A stretch of DNA of 64,000 nt. It comes from an uncultured Acidobacteriaceae bacterium. Lineage in GTDB: Bacteria > Acidobacteriota > Terriglobia > Terriglobales > Acidobacteriaceae. The position numbers were made by a program, and so were the translations under genes. Below, piece by piece: positions 52,994 through 62,224 of the stretch. How positions within the stretch are numbered: the stretch's first letter is position 1; each line of letters opens with the position of its first letter. The stretch lies in the NCBI GenBank assembly GCA_963790935.1, contig CAWBRJ010000001.1:69313-133312 (forward strand). Direction: 5' to 3'. Under the pieces are notes generated by a model, which was not told the DNA's origin, did not search any database, and saw nothing but the letters and a program-made list of their open reading frames with translations.

Positions 52994-53547
52994 CGGATGA
53001 TAGCAGGCTGATCCCAGCCGGTTCGCAGACAGTGGGGCCGTTCTTTTGTATCGGGCTCGACTATCTGATCGATCGGGCTCCTGTACTCGACGCGGATATG
53101 GCTGGAAGAATCGAAATTCGCGGGCGAGTGCTGGACCGGGATGGCACTCCGGTGCCGGATGCGGTGCTTGAATTCTGGACGCCACGCATCACAGTTTCCA
53201 CATCAGGCCAGGCTCCATACCCTTCCGGGTTTCGGCGCGCAGCAACGGACATCAACGGGAACTTTGCGGTGGCGGCTATGAGGCCGGCAGCGGTACCACT
53301 GGAGGATGGACGGATGCAGGCTCCTCATATGCTGGTGCTGGTATTTGCCCGTGGCCTGCTTCGCCATCTGCTCACGCGTGTGTACTTCGAGAAGGAGCCC
53401 GGCAATACGGCCGATATAGTGCTGCAGCAAGTTCCAGCAGAGCGTCGAGCCACCCTCCTTGCTCGACTCGACAATCATCAGACGAATTCGTACCGATGGG
53501 ACCTACGTCTGCAGGGCCAGGATGAGACTGTGTTCTTCGCATGGTAG
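52990..53547 (+). CDS. pcaG: Protocatechuate 3,4-dioxygenase alpha subunit
   Basis: 185 aa, 4-nt overlap with pcaH. TVGPFF..APHMLVLVFARGLLRHLLTRVYF. Confidence 0.9.
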   Translation: MTDDSRLIPAGSQTVGPFFCIGLDYLIDRAPVLDADMAGRIEIRGRVLDRDGTPVPDAVLEFWTPRITVSTSGQAPYPSGFRRAATDINGNFAVAAMRPAAVPLEDGRMQAPHMLVLVFARGLLRHLLTRVYFEKEPGNTADIVLQQVPAERRATLLARLDNHQTNSYRWDLRLQGQDETVFFAW

Positions 53548-53563
53548 AAGAGATACATCCTCA

Positions 53564-54913
53564 ATGAGCAACGGCCTGAACTCGTTTCTCTTTTCCACGC
53601 CGGAGATGACTCGCGTCTTTTCTCATGAGTCGCAACTCCGTGCCATGATGCGGTTCGAATGGGCTCTCACCCGCGCGCTCGAGAACCACGGCCTCGCCGA
53701 GACTGGCTCGGGCAAGGTGCTGGAATCGCTGCTTGACACGAACTTCGTCGACGCCGCGCTGCTCGTAAAAGACGCGAGGGCGGCGGGGAATATCGCCATA
53801 CCGTTTGTCAAGCAGCTCACCGCTAAAGTGAAAGCAGGCAGCGAAGTGGCGGCGCGCTCGATTCATTTGGGCGCAACCAGCCAGGATGTTCTCGATTCGG
53901 CGCTGGTCCTGCAAACTCGAGAGGCCCTCCAGCTACTCGATGTGGCGATCGAACAACTGGAGGGTGCCCTAATCAATCAGGTGCGGGAGCACCGGCACAC
54001 CGTGCTGATGGGCAGAACATGGCTGCAGGCAGGACCATCGACGACACTTGGTCTAAAGCTGGCCGGCTCGCTCGCCGCGCTGCGCCGGGATCATGATCGA
54101 ATCCGTTCAGCAGCGGTAAGGACGCTGGTCGTCGAATTCGGAGGCGCGGTGGGCACACTGGCGGCGCTGGGAACGACCGGCGAGGCGGTGTCTGCGGAAC
54201 TGGCGCGCATTCTTCAATTGAAGGAACCCCCATTGCCTTGGCACACGCATCGAGACAACCTGGTTGAGATGGTGCAGGTGCTCGCGATTTTGACAGGAAC
54301 ACTGGCAAAATTTGCCAGAGACATTGCTCTCCTGATGCAGTCCGAAGTAGGGGAAGCGGCAGAGGCCCAAAGCGAGGGACGCGGCGGCTCTTCCACGATG
54401 CCGCACAAACATAACCCTGTGGCTTGTGCCGCAGTGATTGCGACGAATGCCAGGATGCCGGGACTTGCGTCCACCATGCTGCACGCGATGTCTCAGGAAC
54501 ACGAGCGTGGTCTTGGGCTATGGCAGGCGGAGTGGGACACGGTGCCGGAAGCGTTCCGACTGACTGCGGCGGCGCTTGCCTATTCGACTGAGATTGCACA
54601 AGGTTTGCAAGTGGATGCCGTGCGGATGATGTCAAACCTGAACAGCCTGCTCGGCTTGCCCCTTTCCGAGGCAGTGAACGCTGCTCTCGCGCCCAAGGTG
54701 GGGAGGGCGACGGCACATGACCTTCTACGCACAGCAGCCGAGCGTGCCGCGGCGGAGAAACGGACCCTCGCCGACATTCTGAAGCTATTGCCGCAAGTCA
54801 CCGCGCACCTGACAGAGGTGGAGATCGATCGACTCCTTGACCCTCGCGCTTATCTTGGAAGCGCCCAGCGTTTCATATCACGAGTACTGGGGGAAGCAGA
54901 TGCCAACGCTTGA
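53564..54913 (+). CDS. pcaB: 3-carboxy-cis,cis-muconate cycloisomerase
   Basis: In-frame ATG at 53564 gives MSNGLNSFLFSTPEM... Fumarate-lyase signature GSSTMPHKHNP. Confidence 0.9.
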   Translation: MSNGLNSFLFSTPEMTRVFSHESQLRAMMRFEWALTRALENHGLAETGSGKVLESLLDTNFVDAALLVKDARAAGNIAIPFVKQLTAKVKAGSEVAARSIHLGATSQDVLDSALVLQTREALQLLDVAIEQLEGALINQVREHRHTVLMGRTWLQAGPSTTLGLKLAGSLAALRRDHDRIRSAAVRTLVVEFGGAVGTLAALGTTGEAVSAELARILQLKEPPLPWHTHRDNLVEMVQVLAILTGTLAKFARDIALLMQSEVGEAAEAQSEGRGGSSTMPHKHNPVACAAVIATNARMPGLASTMLHAMSQEHERGLGLWQAEWDTVPEAFRLTAAALAYSTEIAQGLQVDAVRMMSNLNSLLGLPLSEAVNAALAPKVGRATAHDLLRTAAERAAAEKRTLADILKLLPQVTAHLTEVEIDRLLDPRAYLGSAQRFISRVLGEADANA

Positions 54914-55679
54914 GACGGGGGACGTGCGTCTCCACTATGAAAGGAGCGGCGCGGTGAACGGCCCGGTGCTGGTGCTCGCGAACTCGCTGGGATCGAACCT
55001 GCACATGTGGGACAAGGTTCTGCCTTCGCTCGAAAGGAATTTGCAGATTCTACGCTACGACACGAGGGGTCACGGCAAAAGCGGCGTTCCGCCGCCTCCC
55101 TACTCGATCGAACAGTTGGGGGGCGATCTGCTGTTGCTGATGGATCATCTCTCGATCGACCGCGCACACTTGTGTGGGCTTTCGCTAGGCGGCCTGGTTT
55201 CGCAATGGCTCGGAATCTACGCCCCTGAGCGGTTCGAGCGGTTGATCTTTGCCAATACGGCGGCCCGCATCGGCACGCGCGACGGGTGGGAGCAAAGAAT
55301 TGCGATGGTGCAGAGTTCGGGGATGGATGGGTTGGCCCTGCAGACCGTGGAGCGTTGGATCACGCCTGCTTATCGCGAGCAGCATCCTGCGGAGATGGAG
55401 ACCATTCGGCAGATGCTCGCCGCTACCAACCCGACGGGATATTGCGGTTGTTGTGCCGCTCTCCGTGACACCGACCTGAGAGGTGAAATCTCCGCCATCG
55501 AGGCGCCTTGCATGGTGATCACGGGAACTCATGATCCAGCGACGCCTCCCTCAGATGGACGGGCGCTCCACTCCGCGCTGCGAGACTCCAGTTTTGTGGA
55601 ATTTGATTCGGCGCATCTCTCCGCGTGGGAGAAAGCGGAAGAGTTTGCCGGCGCAGTTCTTGCATTTCTTCGAACCTAG
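54900..55679 (+). CDS. pcaD: 3-oxoadipate enol-lactonase
   Basis: In-frame ATG at 54900 gives MPTLETGDVRLHYERSG... Alpha/beta-hydrolase nucleophile CGLSLGG. Overlaps the pcaB stop. Confidence 0.88.
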   Translation: MPTLETGDVRLHYERSGAVNGPVLVLANSLGSNLHMWDKVLPSLERNLQILRYDTRGHGKSGVPPPPYSIEQLGGDLLLLMDHLSIDRAHLCGLSLGGLVSQWLGIYAPERFERLIFANTAARIGTRDGWEQRIAMVQSSGMDGLALQTVERWITPAYREQHPAEMETIRQMLAATNPTGYCGCCAALRDTDLRGEISAIEAPCMVITGTHDPATPPSDGRALHSALRDSSFVEFDSAHLSAWEKAEEFAGAVLAFLRT

Positions 55680-55685
55680 GAGCGC

Positions 55686-56078
55686 TTGATGGATGAGAAT
55701 GAACGCCACGAGGCAGGAATGCGCATCCGGCGCAGCGTGCTGGGAGATGAGCATGTGAAGCGCGCCGAAGCAGCAAAGGATGATTTCGATGCGGATTTCC
55801 AGGACCTTATCACACGCTATGCGTGGGGAGAGATCTGGACGCGGCCAGGCCTGCCGCGGCATACGCGAAGCTTGCTCACGATCGGATTGATGGTGGCGTT
55901 GAATCGGGGCGAAGAACTGCGGCTCCATCTTCGTGCAGCCGCCAACAATGGGGTGACCGCTGCGGAGATCCGCGAAGTGCTGCTGCATTGCGCCATATAT
56001 TGCGGCGTTCCCGCAGCAAACGCGGCCTTCCATGCAGCGAAGGAAGTACTCGATCAGGAAAACGATGGGCCGGTTTGA
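55686..56078 (+). CDS. pcaC: 4-carboxymuconolactone decarboxylase
   Basis: 130 aa. YAWGEIWTRPGL..REVLLHCAIYCGVPAAN. A separate gene, not fused to pcaD. Confidence 0.9.
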   Translation: MMDENERHEAGMRIRRSVLGDEHVKRAEAAKDDFDADFQDLITRYAWGEIWTRPGLPRHTRSLLTIGLMVALNRGEELRLHLRAAANNGVTAAEIREVLLHCAIYCGVPAANAAFHAAKEVLDQENDGPV

Positions 56079-57252
56079 GACTCAAGTCGGAATCGTAGGA
56101 GCGGGGCCTGCGGGCCTGATGCTTTCGCACCTGCTTCACCTCCATGGCATCAGCTCCATCGTTCTCGAAGCAAGGTCCCGCGATTATTGCGAGGAACGAA
56201 TCCGGGCCGGGGTGCTCGAACATACCAGCGTCCAAATGCTGCGCGACTCGGGTGTCGGCGACCGTCTCGACCGCGAAGGCCTGCGCCATGACGGCATCGA
56301 CCTGGGATCGAATGGCGTGCTGCACAGAATCCCCTTCGTAGAACTCACGGGCAAGCACGTGACCGTCTATGGACAGCACGAGGTGGTGAAGGATCTGATC
56401 GCCCGTCGTTTGGCAGACGGAGGGGATGTGCGTTTCGAATGCGGCGAAGTGTCGCTTAACAATATTGATGGGAGCCGCCCTTCGATCAGTGTGGTTAAGA
56501 ACGGCAATGCGGATGAGATTCAGTGTGACTATATCGCAGGTTGCGATGGCTTTCATGGAATCTCGCGTTCGTCGTTTCCGAATGGGTCGCTCACTTTCTA
56601 CGAGCGCAATTATCCGTTTGCGTGGCTCGGGATTCTGGCCGAAGCAGCGCCATCTCGCGATGAACTTGTATACATGCAACATGACCGTGGCTTCGCTCTC
56701 TACAGCATGCGCTCGCCGCGCATTACCCGGCTCTACCTGCAATGCCGCCCCGACGAGGACATAGCCCAATGGAGCGACGATCGTATCTGGAGTGAGTTGA
56801 TCACCAGGCTGAGTTGCCGGGATGGATGGCAACCGGCCGAGGGCAAAATTCTTCAGAAAGGCGTGACCGGCATGCGCAGCTTTGTTGCTGAGCCACTGCA
56901 GTTCGGCCGGCTCTTCCTGGCCGGCGACGCGGCGCACATTGTGCCGCCGACGGGAGCGAAAGGTATGAACCTGGCCTTCGCCGATGTGCATTACCTTGCC
57001 GAGGCACTTCGGGCGTTCTATCAAGGCAATAACGACGAAGCACTGAAGTGTTACTCGGCGACGTGCCTCAAGAGAATCTGGAAGGCTCAGCGTTTCTCCT
57101 GGTGGATGACTTCTTTACTGCATCGCTTTGAGAATGAGCCGGCCTTTGATTACAAGCGACAGCAGGCCGAACTGGAATACGTGGCGAGTTCCCGGGCGGC
57201 GGCAACATCCCTCGCAGAAAACTATGTGGGTCTTCCGTTCGAAGAGACATAA
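56065..57252 (+). CDS. pobA: 4-hydroxybenzoate 3-monooxygenase
   Basis: In-frame ATG at 56065 gives MGRFETQVGIVGAGPAGLMLSHLL. YPFAWLGIL and FLAGDAAHIVPPTGAKGMNLA. Confidence 0.9.
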   Translation: MGRFETQVGIVGAGPAGLMLSHLLHLHGISSIVLEARSRDYCEERIRAGVLEHTSVQMLRDSGVGDRLDREGLRHDGIDLGSNGVLHRIPFVELTGKHVTVYGQHEVVKDLIARRLADGGDVRFECGEVSLNNIDGSRPSISVVKNGNADEIQCDYIAGCDGFHGISRSSFPNGSLTFYERNYPFAWLGILAEAAPSRDELVYMQHDRGFALYSMRSPRITRLYLQCRPDEDIAQWSDDRIWSELITRLSCRDGWQPAEGKILQKGVTGMRSFVAEPLQFGRLFLAGDAAHIVPPTGAKGMNLAFADVHYLAEALRAFYQGNNDEALKCYSATCLKRIWKAQRFSWWMTSLLHRFENEPAFDYKRQQAELEYVASSRAAATSLAENYVGLPFEET

Positions 57253-57329
57253 GCCGCCGGTTCTCACAGCGCCAGGCGGACGTCATACTACTGCATCCGC
57301 TGAGTGAGCGCGACTACACTGCGGCGCGA

Positions 57330-57737
57330 CTATCCGCTGATTTTTTTCCACACTCTTTTTAAAGCGGCAGTCAGCTTATAGAACGCCTCGTAACGCTTCC
57401 TGGGCCGACGCATCTTTGATCCTTCTGCTTTCTTGACCGAACGCTCCAGGAGAGCGGCAACGAACTCTGGACCGAGACAAGGAAACAAGGCCAGTCCTCC
57501 ACCGATGTGTTTTTGTGGAACTCGTGCGCTAAAACACATCGTTTGAAGCTTTATTCCACGCGCTTCAACTGACCTGTTGGGGAATAGCAGGCGGAGTCCG
57601 GTGTTCATATCTCCGAGACCTGCGACAGGAACGGATTTCAATCTACTCGTCTGGAGCGTGCTTTGTCTATCGCCCAACACCTGTTGGCTGGGCGGCACAA
57701 GAATGGCGCGAATCGAACACAAAGGAGACTTGTACAA
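57330..57737 (-). CDS. Hypothetical protein (weak call)
   Basis: 135-aa ORF in a lower-GC stretch with a basic C-terminus (RRPRKRYEAFYKLTAALKRVWKK). I recognise no motif and the start is uncertain. Confidence 0.25.
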   Translation of the reverse strand: MYKSPLCSIRAILVPPSQQVLGDRQSTLQTSRLKSVPVAGLGDMNTGLRLLFPNRSVEARGIKLQTMCFSARVPQKHIGGGLALFPCLGPEFVAALLERSVKKAEGSKMRRPRKRYEAFYKLTAALKRVWKKISG

Positions 57738-57853
57738 TGAGAACTGCCCGCATCGTTATCTACATCGCCCTCGCACTATCGATTGGCGCGGCCGCTTTGG
57801 CACAGCACAACGGACAGACGAACCTTATCCCCAGCGCGAGGTCGCCAAGGTGA
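57737..57853 (+). CDS. Candidate 38-aa ORF with signal-peptide-like N-terminus (weak call)
   Basis: AAAGGAG lies 7 nt upstream of the ATG at 57737. MRTARIVIYIALALSIGAAALAQHNGQTNLIPSARSPR, stop TGA 57851-57853. Too short for the ORF track. Confidence 0.25.
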   Translation: MRTARIVIYIALALSIGAAALAQHNGQTNLIPSARSPR

Positions 57854-57986
57854 CCTCGCGAGACGATCACTGAATCCGGAACATTTCATTTTCTTGGATG
57901 GGTCGCGGGCCCATCGACAATGCGGCGGGAGGGCAGCGCCCGTTCGGAGGTGTTGCTGAAAAAACTCTACGAAGGTCCGCCTGGCG

Positions 57987-58364
57987 CTACCGCGGTAACG
58001 GCAAATTCGCTTTCCGAGACGTTTCAGTCGGTTCCAACAATTGCTGTTTGAACCTCGGGCTTACATGAATGTCAATTTGCTTCAAGAGGCCCTCGCCCCT
58101 ATTGATGAACCCGTGCGGCGTCCGTGCCTTCACAACCAGGATTTTGCCGGCCACCGCATCCTGGATTTCGTCCCCCATTACAAATCGGGAATTTCCTTCT
58201 TGTACGATGACGATTTCATCGTAGTCATGGAAATGTAGCGGCGCGCCTTGCCCCGGCTTCGCTTCGACAAAGAACATCGAAACCCCCACATCTCCCTGCT
58301 CCGCCCCAACGAAGTTGTACGAACTCCCGATGAAGGGTAGATTCTCTTTTTGGATTAGGTGCAT
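57987..58364 (-). CDS. Cupin domain-containing protein
   Basis: 125 aa. GAPLHFHDYDEIVIVQEG..GKILVVKARTPHGF cupin motifs. Confidence 0.8.
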   Translation of the reverse strand: MHLIQKENLPFIGSSYNFVGAEQGDVGVSMFFVEAKPGQGAPLHFHDYDEIVIVQEGNSRFVMGDEIQDAVAGKILVVKARTPHGFINRGEGLLKQIDIHVSPRFKQQLLEPTETSRKANLPLPR

Positions 58365-58394
58365 AGTCGCTCGTCCTCTCCAGGCCGGACACCT

Positions 58395-60991
58395 TTATTC
58401 AGTTCGCAACGCCTCCATCGGGTCAATGCGTGAGGCTCGTCGCGCTGGAGCGTATGCGGCCAGCAGCGCGACAGCGCACAGGAGAAAAATCACACCCGAA
58501 AAGACCGCCGGGTTTGTCGGCGTTGTCCCAAATAGCAGGGATGCGATCCACTTGCTTAATACAAAAGAGGCGACCGTCCCCAATGCCACCCCGGCGAGAG
58601 CAAGCCGCAGTGTTTTCGAGAGAATGTCTCGCTGCACGAGGCCGGAACTCGCTCCCAACGCCATACGCATGCCAATCTCTTTTGTGCGCTCATTCACCGA
58701 ATAAGAAATCAAAGCGTAAATCCCGAGCGATGCGAGCAAGAGCGCAAAGCCCGCAAATCCCGTCAGCAGTATCACCAGAAATCGGCGAGGCGACATAGCT
58801 TTGTCGACCAACTCCTGCAGCGTTTGAAACTCCTTGACTGGGAGATTCGGATCGATCGGCCGGAGGGCGGTTCGGATACCCGCCGCCAAACTATCCGGCG
58901 GAAGCACGGTTCGCACTATGAGTTGCATAGCCGGGTAGTCCTGTGTTTGACGCATCGGCATATACATTTCTAAGCCACCCGATCGCTCCGGACCCCCGTG
59001 ATGGACATCGCCAACCACACCCACGACGCGTCGTCCCCCGTCCTGCGTCATCACCTGTCCGAGAGGGTCTTGCCCGGGCCACAGAGTGCGAGCCAAAGTC
59101 TCATTCACGACCACCACGGGCTCACTCGACGCTCGATCGCTCTGCAACAATTCTCTCCCCGACTTCAACGGGATTCCTGCGGCCTCGAAGTACCCATCGC
59201 TCACGACGCGAATAAAAGCCTCCGGGACCTGGTCCTTTGCGTAAATCTGCCCTTTACCCGAGACTTGCCAGGACCGATCCCCACCGAGCGGCAGCACGTC
59301 GGCAATCCCCGCTGCTGTGATTCCAGGGACTGACCGTGCGCGTTGCAACACATCATCGATAAAAGGGTTCTGTTGCGCGAGACTTGAGACGGGAAAACTC
59401 GGGTCGATCCTCAATGCGGCTGCGCGCTCAGGTTGAAATCCCAGATTCACATCCAGGACGCGCAGAAAACTCTGAATAAGCAGGGCCGCGCCGACGAGCA
59501 ATAGGCAGGCGAGGGCGAACTGGGAGACAGCCAGTCCGTCGCGGAACCAGCCATGCCGGCGACTACCACTCCAGCCGCGGCCCGCATCTTGCAGCCCTTC
59601 ACGAAGCTTGGACGTCAGGACCTGCAGCGCGGGCGCCAGGCCAAAGAGCACGCCCGTTGCTACCGTCGCCAGCAAGGTGAAGGCTAGCGTAGTCCGATCG
59701 ACTCGAACACTTTCCAGCAGAGGAAGGTTGAATGTATTCAGATGCGCCAGCTCGCGCGTTCCCGCCACGGCGAGAAGCAGGCCCAGCACGGCGCCGCAAA
59801 ACGAGAGGGTTACGCTTTCGGTCAGTACTTGTCGCAGCAGGCGAAAACGCCCGGCTCCTAACGCCGCTCGTATCGCCATTTCCTTTTGTCGCGTCCCCAT
59901 TCGCGCCATTTGCAGATGGGAAAGATTCGCGCACACAATCAACATCACCACACCCACGGCGCACATCAGCACCACGAGAGCTGGACGCACTTGCCCGCTC
60001 ACGTGCTCTTCCAGCGGAACCAGCCTGGGATGGATCGGATTCCTCTCCGGATGCTGGCTGTCGAGTTGTTTCGCCAGGACGTTGAACTCCGCCTGAGCGC
60101 CGCCGATGGTAGCGCCGGGCTTAAGCCTTCCGACGATCGCCATCGTGTTTCCGTGGGGTTTCGTGTTATCCGCTGACCGGCCAGGGAATAAAGACGTCGA
60201 TCGGAGTGCCGGGGGCAAAGATGCTGGCAAAGTCGAACGACTGCGGGCAGGACGCCGATTACGGTTACCGGCTGATCGTTCAACGTCAGCTTCCGGCCGA
60301 CCACGTTTGGGTCCGAGGCAAACCGCCTTCGCCAAAAGCTGTAGCTCAATAGCATGGCGGGCGGAGCGGAATACTTCCCCTGGCACTCCTCCCTGGTAAA
60401 CGATCTTCCGATGACAGGTTCAACTCCCAGCAATGGGAAGAGATTCTGGGTCACCGGAACGCTGGTGAGACGCTCCGGATCGCCGGTCCCTGTCAATTCC
60501 TTGTCGCCCGCGCGGTAGAACGCGGACCAGCCCGCCAGATCGGAGAATGACTGGTCCTGGTCGCGGAGGTCTGAGTACTGTTCGGCCTGGGTGCTATGGT
60601 TCTCCCCGTTAGAAATAAATACCAGTTGCCCCGGATCGCGGAAGGGGAGCGGACGCAAAAGCAGCGCATTGACCACGCTGAATACTGTCGAAGCGCCGCC
60701 GATGCCGAGACCGACAATGAGGATCGCGAATACCGTGGAACCGGCGTTGCGACGCATTCCTCGAACTCCATAGCCCAGATCTCGTAGCAGGGATTCGATC
60801 CAGGTCCAGGACCAGGCGGCGCGAGTCTGCTCGCGGATGAGGGTCGTGTTGCCGAAGGCACGCCGCGCCGCATAGCGAGCTTCTTCTGCAGATAGCCCAC
60901 GTTCCCGCTGCTCTTCTTCTTCCAGTTCGAGATCAGCCTGGAGTTCGCGCTCCAGGTCCGCATTTCGTTTCTTGATCGGCCACCATCGCAT
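58395..60991 (-). pseudogene. ADOP-family (acidobacterial duplicated orphan permease) MacB-like/FtsX ABC permease, two frameshifts (about 60240 and about 60172)
   Basis: ATG at 60991, 2 nt after the PadR stop: MRWWPIKKRNADLERELQADLELEEEEQRERGLSAEEARYAARRAFGN.. to ..QPVTVIGVLPA. The middle frame reads SFDFASIFAPGTPIDVFIPWPVS. The third frame (ORF 58395..60386) reads DNTKPHGNTMAIVGRLKPG.., then two FtsX modules to the C-terminal ..AYAPARRASRIDPMEALRTE. Confidence 0.85.
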
Positions 60992-60992
60992 A

Positions 60993-61349
60993 TCAGTTCT
61001 CCTCAGCGGCGGGCCACATGACGCGTGCCACAGCTTCCGCCATCTGCTTCCATTGCGATTCTTCGACCACAAGCTGTTTTCTACCAATTGCCGTAAGCCG
61101 GTAATACTTGAATTCCCGGTTGCGATCGGGGGCTGTTTCCCATTTCGAGGTGACCCAACCCCTTTCCTCTAAGCGATGCAATGCGGGATAGAGAGAACCA
61201 TGCTGCATCTGCAGGAAATCGTTCGTGGTCCGCTGAATGTGCTTTCCGATCTGGTGGCCATGAGCGGGACCATAAAGCAGGGTTCGGAGAATGAGCATGT
61301 CTAGCGTGCCCTGAAGCAGATTCGCGCGTTGTTGTGCCTGTTTTGCCAT
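60993..61349 (-). CDS. PadR-family transcriptional regulator (acidobacterial type)
   Basis: 118 aa. LLQGTLDMLILRTLLYGPAHGHQIGKHI..GSLYPALHRLEERGWV. Confidence 0.9.
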   Translation of the reverse strand: MAKQAQQRANLLQGTLDMLILRTLLYGPAHGHQIGKHIQRTTNDFLQMQHGSLYPALHRLEERGWVTSKWETAPDRNREFKYYRLTAIGRKQLVVEESQWKQMAEAVARVMWPAAEEN

Positions 61350-61442
61350 AGAAGACGTTCGACCCTCGGTGAAGAGTGATGGTAGATATTCGACTATCGA
61401 TTGTCAAGGGTGCAGATCGGCGCTAGCGGGGAATGAGGTTGC

Positions 61443-61580
61443 CTAGAAAGTTGCTTCGACGGAAACCTGGAGCGCCCGCGGGCCGCCCTGGTTGTAAAGC
61501 GCGCCTGCATTCCCGAAGCTCTGCTCGAGCATCTTGGTGGATTGGCCAAAGAGCAGGTCAGAAAAAGAAGGATCGATATA
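61443..61580 (-). pseudogene. C-terminal remnant (about 45 codons) of a TonB-dependent receptor / outer-membrane beta-barrel gene
   Basis: Minus-strand translation AYIDPSFSDLLFGQSTKMLEQSFGNAGALYNQGGPRALQVSVEATF, stop TAG at 61443-61445. It ends in the aromatic-terminal beta-barrel signature; compare ..NPRQLQFTLHLQF of the receptor at 24850. An in-frame stop lies immediately upstream and no receptor body follows. Confidence 0.5.
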
Positions 61581-61893
61581 TGCTCAATCGCTCACGAAGC
61601 TTGGCTCTTCCGCCGCTGCCCAACGTATCAGCCGGATGTAATGGCCGGCCAGAAGCTGTACCGCCTCTGCCGGATCCAGCCTCTTAAGGTTGAGTCGCTG
61701 CATCTACCACTAAAGAGTGGACTTGCGCACGGATCTACCCTGGACAAGGAATTTTTATTTGGAACCTCTCCTCATCCCGCGCCCTCTCATAGAAGTAAAC
61801 CTGCGCCGGTTGCGGTGGAAACGATAAATATTGCGACGGCACGAGGGTAGATTTGCCACCCATTTCGTTCTTTGATAGTGAGGCTTCGTTCTG

Positions 61894-62199
61894 ATGAGGA
61901 GAATTGTCTTGGCAGGCAGAGATCTTCCCTGTAATTGGCCGGCGTTGCGTCTGGAAGTGCTTCGCCGCGACGGGCACCGGTGCCGCAGTTGCGGAAAAAA
62001 GAGCGATCGTGAATCGCTCGAAGCGACCCCAGTCCGACCAGGCGACTACCGCGCGCATGCTGTGGTGACACTATGCCCAGCCTGCAGGAGCCTGATCGAT
62101 CAATTGAGGGATAACGAGAGGATCACCGCAGTCTTCTTCTTTAGAACGAGGACAGGGACCAGATACTACGTGGCCACGAGACATCCGGCTTTCTTGTGA
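61894..62199 (+). CDS. HNH-like zinc-finger protein lacking the catalytic His/Asn residues (paralogue 1)
   Basis: 101 aa. NWPALRLEVLRRDGHRCRSCGKK..LEATPVRP..VTLCPACRS. The WxxxRxxVLxRDGxxCxxCG and LCxxC scaffold of HNH endonucleases is kept. The positions of the HH and the final CH are TP and CR. Confidence 0.5.
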   Translation: MRRIVLAGRDLPCNWPALRLEVLRRDGHRCRSCGKKSDRESLEATPVRPGDYRAHAVVTLCPACRSLIDQLRDNERITAVFFFRTRTGTRYYVATRHPAFL

Positions 62200-62224
62200 C
62201 GAAGTTTCGACCAGAATTGGTTAT

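Noticed and set aside
57835-57860. Hairpin at an in-frame TGA as a bacterial SECIS / selenocysteine site
   Set aside because: Bacterial SECIS hairpins begin a few nucleotides downstream of the UGA. Here the UGA lies inside the hairpin (at the loop/3'-arm junction). There is no selenoprotein-like context and no selA/selB/selD nearby.
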